A stretch of 45,452 bases of DNA from Acidobacteriota bacterium (GCA_031413075.1 JANOEF010000568.1:1-45452), one strand, 5' to 3'. Counted from the first letter of the stretch, positions 16,815-26,589 are shown. Notes: generated by a model from the letters alone, not told the origin. Numbers and translations: made by a program.

Positions 16815-18203
16815 ATGAAATCATCGCTTTTACAATCACTTTTTGACGATGAGGAACGCCGTCCGCTGACTGTTTCAGAATTGAATGAACAGGTTAAAAA
16901 AGCATTGGAGCGAGGTTTTTCGTCAGTCTGGCTCGAAGGCGAAATTACCAATTTTATGGCCGCTAATTCGGGGCATTGGTATTTCACCCTGCACGATGGT
17001 TTTTCGCAGCTCAAGGCGGCGTGCTACATTCGCAATAATTTACGGATTCGGTTCAAGCCTTTTGACGGTTTGCAAGTGCGGGTGCGGGGCAAACTTTCGG
17101 TCTATGAACCGAAGGGCGAGTATCAGATTTTGGTCGAATCGCTCGAACCGGTCGGCGAAGGGGCGTTGAAAGTTGCCTTTGAGCAAATCAAAGCCAAACT
17201 TGCCAAAGAAGGACTTTTTGACCAGGAATTAAAACGCCGTTTGCCGTATTTTCCGAAACGAGTCGGCGTCGTCACTTCGCCTAATGGCGCGGCTTTTCAC
17301 GACATTTTGAATGTCCTTTCACGTCGGACAAAAACCGTCCACATTACACTCATTCCGACCCGGGTCCAGGGCGAAACGGCAGGCGAAGAAATCGAAAAAG
17401 CTATCAAATTTGCCAATCGTTTTAACGAGATTTCGGACGAAAAATTTGATGTTTTAATCGTCGGGCGCGGCGGCGGATCAAGCGAAGATTTGTGGGCTTT
17501 TAACGAAGAAAGAGTGGCGCGGGCGATTCGTAATTCCAAGATTCCGATCATTTCTGCGGTTGGACACGAAATAGATTTTACGATTGCCGATTTTGCCTCG
17601 GATGTGCGGGCCGCCACCCCGTCGGCGGCGGCTGAAATTGTCGCCGAGAGCGAAGACAATATCGAGGCGTTTATCTACCAAAGGACACAGGACCTGTTTC
17701 AACTCGTCAACTACAAAATTTTGCAGTCCCGCAGTTCGCTCCAGGAATTTTCACTTTCGCCGGTTTTTCATGAATTTCCGCAAAAAATTAAAGATTGGCG
17801 GTATCAACTTGAAGATTTTCAGGACGCCCTGCAAACGGTTTTGACCGATAAATTACGACACGCTGAAAAGCGTCTGGAATTATTCAATAATCGTCTTTCC
17901 CCGATCAAATTAGCTGGCAAAGTTGCCGAAAATCAAACCCGTTTAGCACTCCTCAAACAACGCCAAACTTCTGCCATCAAAGATGTTATTGATGCTTCGG
18001 ACGAAAAACTTAAGATTCGGATGGCTTCGCTGGATGCGCTTTCGCCCCTTTCGGTGTTGAAACGCGGATATTCAATTACCCAGGACGAAAAAGGGAAAAT
18101 CCTGCACGATATTTCACAGGTTAGGGCAGAAGAAAACGTGCAAATTCGGCTGGCAAATGGCAAACTAAAAGCCAAGGTTTTGGAAGTGTTAAGTAACGAG
18201 TAA
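16815..18203 (+). CDS. xseA: Exodeoxyribonuclease VII large subunit
   Basis: OB-fold N-terminus VWLEGEITNF..SGHWYFTLHD, followed by the catalytic region VGVVTSPNGAAFHDIL...GRGGGSSEDLWAFN. Confidence 0.9.
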   Translation: MKSSLLQSLFDDEERRPLTVSELNEQVKKALERGFSSVWLEGEITNFMAANSGHWYFTLHDGFSQLKAACYIRNNLRIRFKPFDGLQVRVRGKLSVYEPKGEYQILVESLEPVGEGALKVAFEQIKAKLAKEGLFDQELKRRLPYFPKRVGVVTSPNGAAFHDILNVLSRRTKTVHITLIPTRVQGETAGEEIEKAIKFANRFNEISDEKFDVLIVGRGGGSSEDLWAFNEERVARAIRNSKIPIISAVGHEIDFTIADFASDVRAATPSAAAEIVAESEDNIEAFIYQRTQDLFQLVNYKILQSRSSLQEFSLSPVFHEFPQKIKDWRYQLEDFQDALQTVLTDKLRHAEKRLELFNNRLSPIKLAGKVAENQTRLALLKQRQTSAIKDVIDASDEKLKIRMASLDALSPLSVLKRGYSITQDEKGKILHDISQVRAEENVQIRLANGKLKAKVLEVLSNE

Positions 18204-18226
18204 TAAGCGATGAGAGGCGAGGTTTA

Positions 18227-19000
18227 ATGTCAAAATTCGTGGTAGATTTAGGCGACCAAAAAGGGGAAACTCAGACTAAAGCGGAAGTTTTGCCGTCAAA
18301 TGATTCAGCCAAACCGAAAAAGCGCGGCGGTTGTTTGAAAGTTTTGGGTATTTTAGGGGTTTTGACATTTGTTCTCTTATTGATTGGTTTAATCGGCGGA
18401 TACTTTTATTGGCAAAGCGTCAAAAAAACACCGCAATATTCGCTGGCCTTATTGGTTGACGCCGCTCGCCGTGACGACAAAGAAAAAGTCGCCCAGATTA
18501 TTGATACCGAACAGGTGGTTAATAATTTTGTCCCGCAAATAACGGATAAAGCAGTCGAACTTTACGGACGAAATTTACCGGCTCCGGTAATTTCAAAAGT
18601 TGCCGTCTTGATTACTCCGCTGATGCCCGGTATCAAAGAAAAAGCTAAAGCGGAATTGCCGAATCTGATTCGCGAAAAGACCGAAAAACTGGATAAATAC
18701 CCATATTGGATAATCGCTTTGTTTGCCGAGAGAGGTTTGGACATCAAAATTGACGGCGAGACCGCGACGGTAAAAAGTAAAATGCCCGACCAACCGGCTG
18801 AGTTCACCATGAAACGTGACGGGGGGGGATGGAAAATCGTTGCTATCAAAGATGAAAAATTAGCGCAGAAAATTGCGGAAAAAATCGGTCAGCAGTTGAT
18901 GGCGCTGGCCGCTAAAGGTAATCTCGAAAAGGCCGGAAAGCAGCTTGGAGTTGAAAAACTAGGCGATATGTTGAAAAATCTAAACGATATTTTTAAGTAA
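18227..19000 (+). CDS. Single-pass membrane protein of unknown function
   Basis: 257-aa ORF with one TM helix ([24 protein letters not shown]) and a soluble domain. It fills the gap between xseA and xseB, leaving only 2-23 nt spacers. Confidence 0.6.
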   Translation: MSKFVVDLGDQKGETQTKAEVLPSNDSAKPKKRGGCLKVLGILGVLTFVLLLIGLIGGYFYWQSVKKTPQYSLALLVDAARRDDKEKVAQIIDTEQVVNNFVPQITDKAVELYGRNLPAPVISKVAVLITPLMPGIKEKAKAELPNLIREKTEKLDKYPYWIIALFAERGLDIKIDGETATVKSKMPDQPAEFTMKRDGGGWKIVAIKDEKLAQKIAEKIGQQLMALAAKGNLEKAGKQLGVEKLGDMLKNLNDIFK

Positions 19001-19002
19001 AA

Positions 19003-19308
19003 ATGACTACCAAAAATAAAACATTTGAAACCTCATTGATGGAACTCGAACAAATTGTCCGCGAACTCGAACAGGGCGATTTATCATTGGAAGAGAGCCT
19101 TAAACTTTTTGAAGACGGAGTAAAACTCTCGCGTGAGTGCCAGGAAAGGCTCAACCAGGCCGAACGTCGCATCGAAGTTTTGCTCAAAGATTCCGATGGT
19201 AATCCGGCTTTGCAGGCGATTCAACCCGAAGATTTACGAGAAGAGCGACAGCCCAAAATCAAAAAACGCATCACCTTTGAAGAGCCGGAAGACGAATCAC
19301 CTTTTTGA
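19003..19308 (+). CDS. xseB: Exodeoxyribonuclease VII small subunit
   Basis: [53 protein letters not shown] is the canonical XseB helix-hairpin. Confidence 0.85.
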   Translation: MTTKNKTFETSLMELEQIVRELEQGDLSLEESLKLFEDGVKLSRECQERLNQAERRIEVLLKDSDGNPALQAIQPEDLREERQPKIKKRITFEEPEDESPF

Positions 19309-19317
19309 AATTATGGA

Positions 19318-19605
19318 TTAATAGAAAACCAATCCGTAAATAACGACCCCAACAATCGCTACTACAATGACTCCCATCGATATTGCAACACTTAGGAAAA
19401 ATCCGATTAACCAAAATTTAGCCGGCGGCATATTTTTAGAATTGGTTCTCCCATCATAAAAAAAACCGCAATTGAGACAGCTCACTTCTGATTGGATAGA
19501 TGGCATTAAGGACCCGCCAATTAAATACGTTTTATATTCCACCCGACCTTGATTACGAGCGTAACCGCATTTTGGACAAGGGGCTAAGGTAATTGTCGAA
19601 CTCAT
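19318..19605 (-). CDS. Small zinc-ribbon membrane protein (hypothetical)
   Basis: CPKC...CLNC (two CxxC pairs) followed by a C-terminal TM helix. Length 95 aa. Confidence 0.5.
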   Translation of the reverse strand: MSSTITLAPCPKCGYARNQGRVEYKTYLIGGSLMPSIQSEVSCLNCGFFYDGRTNSKNMPPAKFWLIGFFLSVAISMGVIVVAIVGVVIYGLVFY

Positions 19606-19698
19606 ATTTTTTCTCCTTCAGCTTGAAAATACTTTCAATTACTAAAGCGAAAAATTTGGTCCGAGTCAGACAAAATAAATTGAAAAAAATATTAAGGA

Positions 19699-20568
19699 TT
19701 ATTTTTCAGCTTTTTGCGCTTTTTTCTCAATATCTTTAACTATTCGGATCGCGTGATTGCGGGCAATCAACGGGATTCGTTCATCGTTACTCAATTCCTT
19801 TAACAACGGAAGCATTTGCGAAGGGTCGGAAATTTCGTCGCGTCTGAGCAGGGAATCAAGCTTGTCCATCAGCCCGGGGGCTTCGAGCGGTTGATTTTCC
19901 CGCGCGACCGAAATATCAAAATACCAAATAAATTGTTCACTGATTCTTCGGTATTCATCCGTTAGAGACTTGGCCTCTTTGTTCTCCGTCCAGTTGTATT
20001 TAGCGGTTCTTTCCTTGCCAGCTTGGCGGAGTGTCACCGTGTAATTACCGAGATGCCCGTAATCTCGGGTGGGGGATTGATAAATTTCGGTTGAATCCAG
20101 AAAATTGAGCGCTTGAAAAACTTTATTCAATTTTTCGAGCGTGACGGTCGAGAGTTGAAGCGGATCCGAGATGGGTTCGCCAAAGTCTTTATGTTCAAAA
20201 GTCATTTTCCCTTTTCCGTTTTCATCGTGCTCGATAATAACGGATTTAATGACAAAATTCGGTTGCGAAAACTCATAGACAAAAGGGTATTTGATCTCTA
20301 CCGGCTTCGCCTTGGCAACATTTCTTTCAGCCTGATTTTTCTTCTGAGGTTCGTTTGTTTGAACGGTTTGGTCTTCGGGACGCTCATTTTTCTTGGGCGG
20401 CATCGGAGTCGGCACCACTTCTTCGGTCGGTGTTGAAACAGGTTGCGTAATTACCGCGGTGGTAGTTGTTTTCTTGGCCGGCTTCGTCGCCGGTTTTTTC
20501 TTGGTCTGGGCAAAGGACGAAACCGATAAAAGTAAAATAATGGGGACAAAAATAAATATTTTTTTCAT
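19699..20568 (-). CDS. Secreted hypothetical protein
   Basis: Signal peptide MKKIFIFVPIILLLSVSSFA, a T/P/K-rich linker and a ~190-aa domain with no motif I recognise. The ATG overlaps the Uma2 stop. Confidence 0.6.
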   Translation of the reverse strand: MKKIFIFVPIILLLSVSSFAQTKKKPATKPAKKTTTTAVITQPVSTPTEEVVPTPMPPKKNERPEDQTVQTNEPQKKNQAERNVAKAKPVEIKYPFVYEFSQPNFVIKSVIIEHDENGKGKMTFEHKDFGEPISDPLQLSTVTLEKLNKVFQALNFLDSTEIYQSPTRDYGHLGNYTVTLRQAGKERTAKYNWTENKEAKSLTDEYRRISEQFIWYFDISVARENQPLEAPGLMDKLDSLLRRDEISDPSQMLPLLKELSNDERIPLIARNHAIRIVKDIEKKAQKAEK

Positions 20569-21251
20569 TGTAATTCGTTCAAATGTTGGCGAAACTCTTT
20601 TAACGCCAGAGTTTGTCCTTTTTCCCGACTTAATTTCAGGTATTCTGTTAATTTTTCAGCCGAAAGTAACGGCAAAGAAAAGCTGTGTGAGATTTGATGA
20701 TACTTTTTGCCCCTGAGTTTGTTAAAGGAAATTTTTTTGCCGTCAAAAACCCAGACTTCAGGAACTTTGAGGGCTGAATAAATCGGGAATTTATCGAGCG
20801 AATTAGTAGTTACGTCAATTTCAACAGCTAAATCAGGAGCGGGAAACTCGTTTGCCTTGATTTTTGTTCCAATAATTTTTTGAGCAGATTGAATGTAATA
20901 ACATTCATCCGGTTCAAGTCCTTTTTCCAAAAAATCGCGCCGAAAGGTGGTTGATTTTCGACCTTCGAGGTTTAAATTAAACTGCTCGCAATAAGCGCGT
21001 ACAAAATCGTGAATTGAGAAGCTGTATGATTCGTGTTCCGGAGTTGGCGGCATAATTTCTAATTTCCCCTCATTGTAAGCTAAACGCCATCCAGCCTTTT
21101 CGGCAAAATCTTCTAAGAAAAGTTCGTATTCTTTCCAAGAAACATCATTGAGCAAAATCCGTCTGCCACTATCCGCAGTTAAAAGATTAATCGCCGTGAA
21201 CTTGTCCAAGACAAAATTTTCAGTTGCAATTACGCTCATTTTTTTTACCAC
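20565..21251 (-). CDS. Uma2-family (DUF820) PD-(D/E)xK endonuclease
   Basis: Uma2 core ...EGKLEIMPP...HE...PDLAVEIDVTTNS... The start is either GTG 21251 or ATG 21239. Confidence 0.8.
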   Translation of the reverse strand: MVKKMSVIATENFVLDKFTAINLLTADSGRRILLNDVSWKEYELFLEDFAEKAGWRLAYNEGKLEIMPPTPEHESYSFSIHDFVRAYCEQFNLNLEGRKSTTFRRDFLEKGLEPDECYYIQSAQKIIGTKIKANEFPAPDLAVEIDVTTNSLDKFPIYSALKVPEVWVFDGKKISFNKLRGKKYHQISHSFSLPLLSAEKLTEYLKLSREKGQTLALKEFRQHLNELQ

Positions 21252-21367
21252 AAAGTCATTTTACCACATTCGTTACAGTGAAAAAGCGGAAAAATAGCAA
21301 AGTAAAAAAGTGAAAAATCTGCTCTTTTGATAAACTCTGTGCCTTTACCAGACTCAATCAAACTTTT

Positions 21368-21409
21368 TCACTTTTCACTTTTCACTTTTCACTTTTCACT
21401 TTTCACTTT
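21368..21409. repeat. 6 x heptamer TCACTTT (reverse complement AAAGTGA)
   Basis: Read directly. It starts 5 nt after the smc stop. Related inverted units (gtgaaaaag, agtgaaaaa) lie at ~21279-21320. Confidence 0.9.
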
Positions 21410-21413
21410 TAAG

Positions 21414-24400
21414 CTATTCAAATCTCACCGAAACAACTTTAGAAACTCCGGCCTCTTCCATTGTCACGCCATACAGAGCTTTAGCGGATTCCATTGTTCG
21501 TTTGTTGTGCGTGATGACGATAAACTGAGTTTTTTCGGACATTTGCGCGATTTTATCAACGAATCGTCCGACGTTGGCGTCGTCCAGCGGTGCATCAACT
21601 TCGTCCAATAAACAAAACGGCGACGGACGATATTGGAAAATCGCCATGACCAACGCGATAGCGGTCATGGCTTTTTCGCCGCCCCGAAAGGAGCAGAATA
21701 TTTTGCAGCCGTTTGCCCGGCGGCTGGGCGACAATTTCGATGCCCGATTCTAAAATGTCATCGGCTTCGAGTAAGACCATTTCGCCTTTTCCGCCCCCAA
21801 AAAGTTCAAGGAAAAACTCTTTGAAATAGCCGTTGACCGCATGGAAAGCCTCACGAAAACGCTCGCGTGAACGCTGTTTAATCTCGCGCAGAGCCTCTTC
21901 GGCTGAATTGATGCTGTCAATAATGTCCTGGCGCTGCGAAGTCAAAAACAAAAGCCGTTCTTCGGTTTCGCTCAACTCTTCGAGGGCCAGCATATTAACG
22001 GCTCCGAACCCCTCAATCCGGTGGCGCGAACTTTCTACTTCGCGGCGCGCATGTTCTAAATCAAAAGTGTCTGCAACTTCAATTTGCTCAACTATTTCAA
22101 CCAAAGAATGATTCAATTCCTGCAAACAATTTTCGTTCAGATTTTGCAGCCGAGTGATTGATTCAGCTTTTTTGATCTCGATGGTTGCCCGCGAATTCCG
22201 GGCCTCGGCCGAGCGTTGGTTGAGTAAGGCCAGTTCTTCTGACATTGCGTCGGCCTCTTGGCGTTCATTTTTCAGATTTGTAATCGCCTCATTAAGTTCG
22301 TTTTGCTCCTCATTTTCCTCGGACTCGGAACTCGTAGTTTTGCTGGTAATTTCAGCAATCGAAGCATTTAAGGCGTTGAGAGTGTTTTCTGATTCGATGA
22401 TTTCGAGACTTTGGCGATTGAGGCGTGATTCGATTTCGGATCGTTCTGATTCAACCCGGCGGAGCGCAGTCTGGGCCGAACGGCGACGCTCGGCGGCCAC
22501 GCCGGCCAGAGTTCTTTTTTCGTTGACGAGCGCATTTTCCGTCTCAACTTTGTTTCGTGCAACGCCAATGTTCTCAGATATTTGCGCTAATTTATCCGCT
22601 GCCGATTTTCTGGCTAATTCGGCTTTTTGGGCATTTGATTTTGCGTCTTTTTGCCGTAAAACTAATTCGGCGAGTTCGTTTTCAATCTGTTTTGTTTCCT
22701 CTGAAACTACTTTTTTGTGACGTTCGGCTCGTTCTAATTCCTGAGCAAGTGATTTGGCTTGAATTTCCTGGGATAACAACTCGCGCTCTGCCGTCGTGAT
22801 AACCGCTTGCAGTTCGGTTAGTTGCGAATCTTTGACGGCGAGTTTTCGGCGCACTTCGGCAATTTCTTGTTCGCTCTTTTCAACCTCTTTAACCTGTTTT
22901 TCGCTGTTGGCCTGCAACTCGCGCAATTCGCGTTTGAAGCCTAAAAGCGAGGAATTTTTTTCATTCTGCTGCGCTTTGCCGCTCACAAAAAGTTTGTTGC
23001 AGAAAACCAAATCACCGTCACTTGTCACAAATGACTGAGCTTTAGCGTCATCAAAATTATCAACCAACTGCGCCGACATCTCACGCGGAAAAACCTCACT
23101 CAAAAGACTCAATAAACCATCAGAAACGCCAAGATAATTTGCGGCTTTGGACTTTGGACTTTGGACTTTGGATTTTTGACCTTGCACCAAAATGCTTATT
23201 CTTCCAACATTATTTTCGCCGACATATTTGGCGACCCGGCGGGCATCGGCTTCGGTTTCGACCAAAATTGTTTGTAAATATGCCCCAAAAAGATTTTCCA
23301 CCGCTCTTTCGGCCGATTGTTCAACCGTCAGTTTATCGGCCAAAGTTCCCAACAGATTGACTCCGATGTGGTCTTGTTCAGCGAAAATCTTTTGCACATT
23401 AGGGGTATAGACGGCACGCTTGGCATCGAGTTCCCGGAGCGTTTCAAGCCGGTGTTTAGTGCGCGAAAACTCTTCGCGGAGTTTAGTCAGAGACTTTTCG
23501 TCCAACTGTAAAGATTGTTTTAGCTCGCCGACTGCCTCTTGCTGCTCACGTTTTTCGCTTTGTAATTTAGAAACCGTTTCCCGGATTTGGGTGATTGATT
23601 TTTCCAGCGTTCGGCTCCGGACAAGATGTTCTTCGTGAGTTTCTTCGGCCCGCTCACCTTCGCGTTTGAGTCCTTCGAGTCTTTCGAGCAATCTTTCGGA
23701 AGTATTTTCCAGTTGCCGTTCAATTTCGGCAAATCGCTCGACGGCCGCAGTATGAGTCAAAAGCTCATTTCGATATTTTTCGATTTCTGCCTCTATCTCT
23801 CTTAATTCATTGAGTTTAGTTTGATATTTTTGTTCGGCTTCGCGCAGTGAAAGTTCTTCCCGTTCCGCCTCAGAGCGTTGGATTTTGTCGTCTTTTTCGA
23901 GTCGTTCAACTTCGGCTTTAATCAACCCCAAACGAGTCTCAAGCGATTCAACCTCGCCTTGCAAAATCAAAGAACGACTTTGTACATTGTTCAATTGCTC
24001 CTGTTTATAAACGAGTTCACGCGAATTTCGGTCGCGTTGTAAGGCGTTTTCGGCGTGTTGTGAGCGCAGCGCCGCCAAGATTTCTTCGGCTTCACGCGCC
24101 TGGTGGGTAGATGCCCGGAACGCCTCATCTTTGGTGGCGACTTCGGAAAACAGATTGCGTTCGAGGGTGACGGCCGTTTCGAGTTTATCTTCTAACTCAT
24201 TGACTAATTCGGTCAAAAACCTTCCTTCGGCGGCAAAAACCTGCCTCAGGAGTTCGCGCAATTCATCACGTAAAACTTTGTAGCGGCGAGTCTTAGAGGC
24301 CTGACGGCGCAACGAGTTGGCTTGTTTATCAATTTCTTCGACAATGTCAGAAATTCGTCGAAGATTTGTTTTGGCTGATTCCAGACGGGCTTCGGTGGCT

Positions 24401-25671
24401 CGTTGACGGGTGCGAAATTTGGAGATTCCGGCGGCTTCTTCGATCAAACTGCGCCGGTCTGACGGTTTGGCGGACAGAATTTGTCCGATCCGCCCTTGTT
24501 CAATGATGGCGTAATGCGCACCCGAAAGCCCGGTTCCGGCAAATAAATCCTGAATATCGCGCAGGCGACAAGTTCTGCCATTGAGCAAATATTCACTTTC
24601 GCCTGACAGATACAGCCGGCGAGTAACTGAAACGGCTTCGCCCGGCGCAAAGTCTAAGGCGACCCGGCTTTTGCGCCAATGACGCTTTGACTTGACTTTC
24701 GCCAGCGCGGTTGCCGTGCCGCCGACGCTTTCGGCGCTTTCAGGAACGATTTCGGTTTCGGCCGGTTCGATTAGTGAAACTTCAAATTCTTCGGAGCTGA
24801 CGGCGTGTTCATCAATATCGCCTAAAGCCTCGTCAATATCGCCGAGTTCATCGTCAAAAAACGGAGTTTCATCGCGGACAAGGTGCAACACGACCTCCGC
24901 CATCCCGCTTGGCTTGCGTTTGCTCGTGCCCTGAAAAACCACGTCTTTCATCTCCGCGCCGCGCAGGGCTTTGGCCCGTTGTTCGCCCAGCACCCAGGCG
25001 ATACTTTCGGAAACATTGCTGTTGTGGACAATCATATTTCCTGCGACAAAATTGTGCGTTTCATCAATGCTCAGGTCATAAACCCATTTGTCGGTTGGTC
25101 CAATTTCTTCGATACTAACAATTTCATCAAGGCAAATATCAGATTTCATCAAGGCAAATATCAGTTTCAGCGACATACTTGGCAAATTGTTTGGAACCAC
25201 AATTCCCAATCCGACTCTCAGTTCATCCGCCCGAACTGCTTCAAGTTTTCCTTCTTTCAGAGCAAATAAAGGATGATACGGCGTGGCAGTTATTTCGCGT
25301 CCCGCCCGAGTTCTCACCCGAAGCAGTTTTTCGGTAGTTTCGCGTTTGATGAAGGCCGAAACTTTTCGGTTCTCCAATTTCAAATTAGCTGGATTTAGCG
25401 AAATAATTTCAACATTTTCCGGATTGTCGGAGGTTACGAATCCATCGTCAAATTGCTCTTTGAAAAATGCACCTTGCAAAGCGTTTTCAACAAGTTGACG
25501 AATTTTTACTTCGTCACCATTAGACAAAGTAATGAGAGTGTTACCATCAACACATTTTCCACAACCGTTTGGCCCGACCACAGCCGTAATTCCATCACCC
25601 GTAAATACTATTTCGGTGTAATCGGCGAATGACTTAAAACCCGTAATTTCGAGACGTTGAAGTTTGAACAT
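21414..25671 (-). CDS. smc: Chromosome partition protein SMC, interrupted by an intein and by one frameshift
   Basis: N-terminus [15 protein letters not shown], Walker A GPNGCGK..S, long heptad coiled coils, a hinge, and C-terminal LSGGEKA + [10 protein letters not shown]. It reads through only after removing 25021-25554 and correcting one extra G at 21682-21685. Confidence 0.9.
21682..21685 (-). other. +1 frameshift site (G4 run on the coding strand) inside the SMC LSGG signature motif
   Basis: The coding strand reads ctc ctt tcg GGGG cgg cga aaa. With GGG instead it reads [38 protein letters not shown]. Confidence 0.85.
23146..23180. repeat. 5-unit heptamer microsatellite (TTTGGAC-type) in frame inside smc
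   Basis: Read directly. The minus strand encodes [14 protein letters not shown]. Confidence 0.9.
25021..25554 (-). other. Class-1 mini-intein (178 aa) inserted between K and S of the SMC Walker A motif
   Basis: Intein blocks CVDGNTLI (A, Cys1), [10 protein letters not shown] (B, TxxH), [14 protein letters not shown] (F) and GNMIVHN|S (G, HN plus Ser+1). The flanking exteins join to [21 protein letters not shown]. Confidence 0.85.
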
Positions 25672-26213
25672 TAAATATAGCGAGTTTCCCAATTGAAAAG
25701 CAATATATTTTGTAGTAAAGGCGCATTCAAATCAAGTCAGATGATAAGCTAATTGACTGTAAAGTTATCTTCAAAAAAAATGAGTGATCTATTTCCCGAA
25801 TTTTAGGATTTCCGCATATTAGAAAGCTCACCGGAAAACACAGCGGCAGACGTTATTTCGATATCGCCTTGCCATACATAAAAAGTTGATGAGCTTTCAG
25901 CCCAAGCGAACTCAATCTGTCAAAGATAATAGACATTATTTGAAATAAACTTGAATCAGATTAAACCGAAGATTTGCCCGCTAATGAACGCGAAAAAACG
26001 CGAATAAAATCCTTTTGGTTGGTAAAAAACGAATCAGATTGAACCAAATCTTAAAAAGATTCGCGCCGATTCGGGTGATTCGCGGGCAATTTCTTATTAC
26101 AAATAATCTCTATTGAATTGCTGATTTTGTTTCACCGTGAACCGCCACGCGCTTGGAGTTTGTTCGGCGCAAAATATGCCGATTTTATGTGGTGTCACAC
26201 AGTTTTAGTGATG

Positions 26214-26241
26214 AATAAAAAAGGCGAGTTTAGGGCTCGCC
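26214..26241 (-). terminator. Rho-independent terminator of the 26266-26589 gene
   Basis: On the minus strand, a GGCGAG/CTCGCC stem with a 7-nt loop is followed by TTTTTTAT. It begins 24 nt after the stop. Confidence 0.65.
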
Positions 26242-26265
26242 TCAGAGTTTAAGTTTTAGAGAATC

Positions 26266-26589
26266 TTACTTTCTCGAAGCGCGTCTGATATGACGGCTCG
26301 ATTGATTTAAGTTCCGTTGAACTTTGGCTCGTTCAACTTTGGTAAATTCACCATCCGATTTGAAACGTCTTTCCTGCTGACGAATACCAGCCTGTTCTTT
26401 GGCCAATCGGGCAAGTTCTTTTTTCTTGATGTCGCCGTCTTGGACTCCGTCCTTGATGCGTTCCCGTTGATTTTGTTGACGCTCGTTGATACTTGGCGGC
26501 TTATTTTCGCCCTCTTGAGCGAACGACACCACTGATAATCCCAGAATTGCGAATAGTGACGCAAAAATTAAACGTAATGATTTATTCAT
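26266..26589 (-). CDS. Small secreted basic protein (hypothetical)
   Basis: Signal peptide MNKSLRLIFASLFAILGLSVVSFA, followed by a Q/R/E/K-rich helical region. Length 107 aa. Confidence 0.6.
   Translation of the reverse strand: MNKSLRLIFASLFAILGLSVVSFAQEGENKPPSINERQQNQRERIKDGVQDGDIKKKELARLAKEQAGIRQQERRFKSDGEFTKVERAKVQRNLNQSSRHIRRASRK

Noticed and set aside
21595-21734. The overlap of the two smc ORFs as a programmed ribosomal frameshift, or a naturally split smc
   Set aside because: There is no slippery heptamer or downstream structure. The shift sits in a G4 homopolymer inside the catalytic LSGG motif, which is typical of a sequencing error or a simple mutation.
22154-22720. The 188-aa plus-strand ORF, and many similar 60-130-aa ORFs antisense to smc
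   Set aside because: They are Ser/Phe-rich mirror images of the Glu/Lys/Leu-rich coiled-coil codons of smc. They lack starts with RBS context and have no homology signal.
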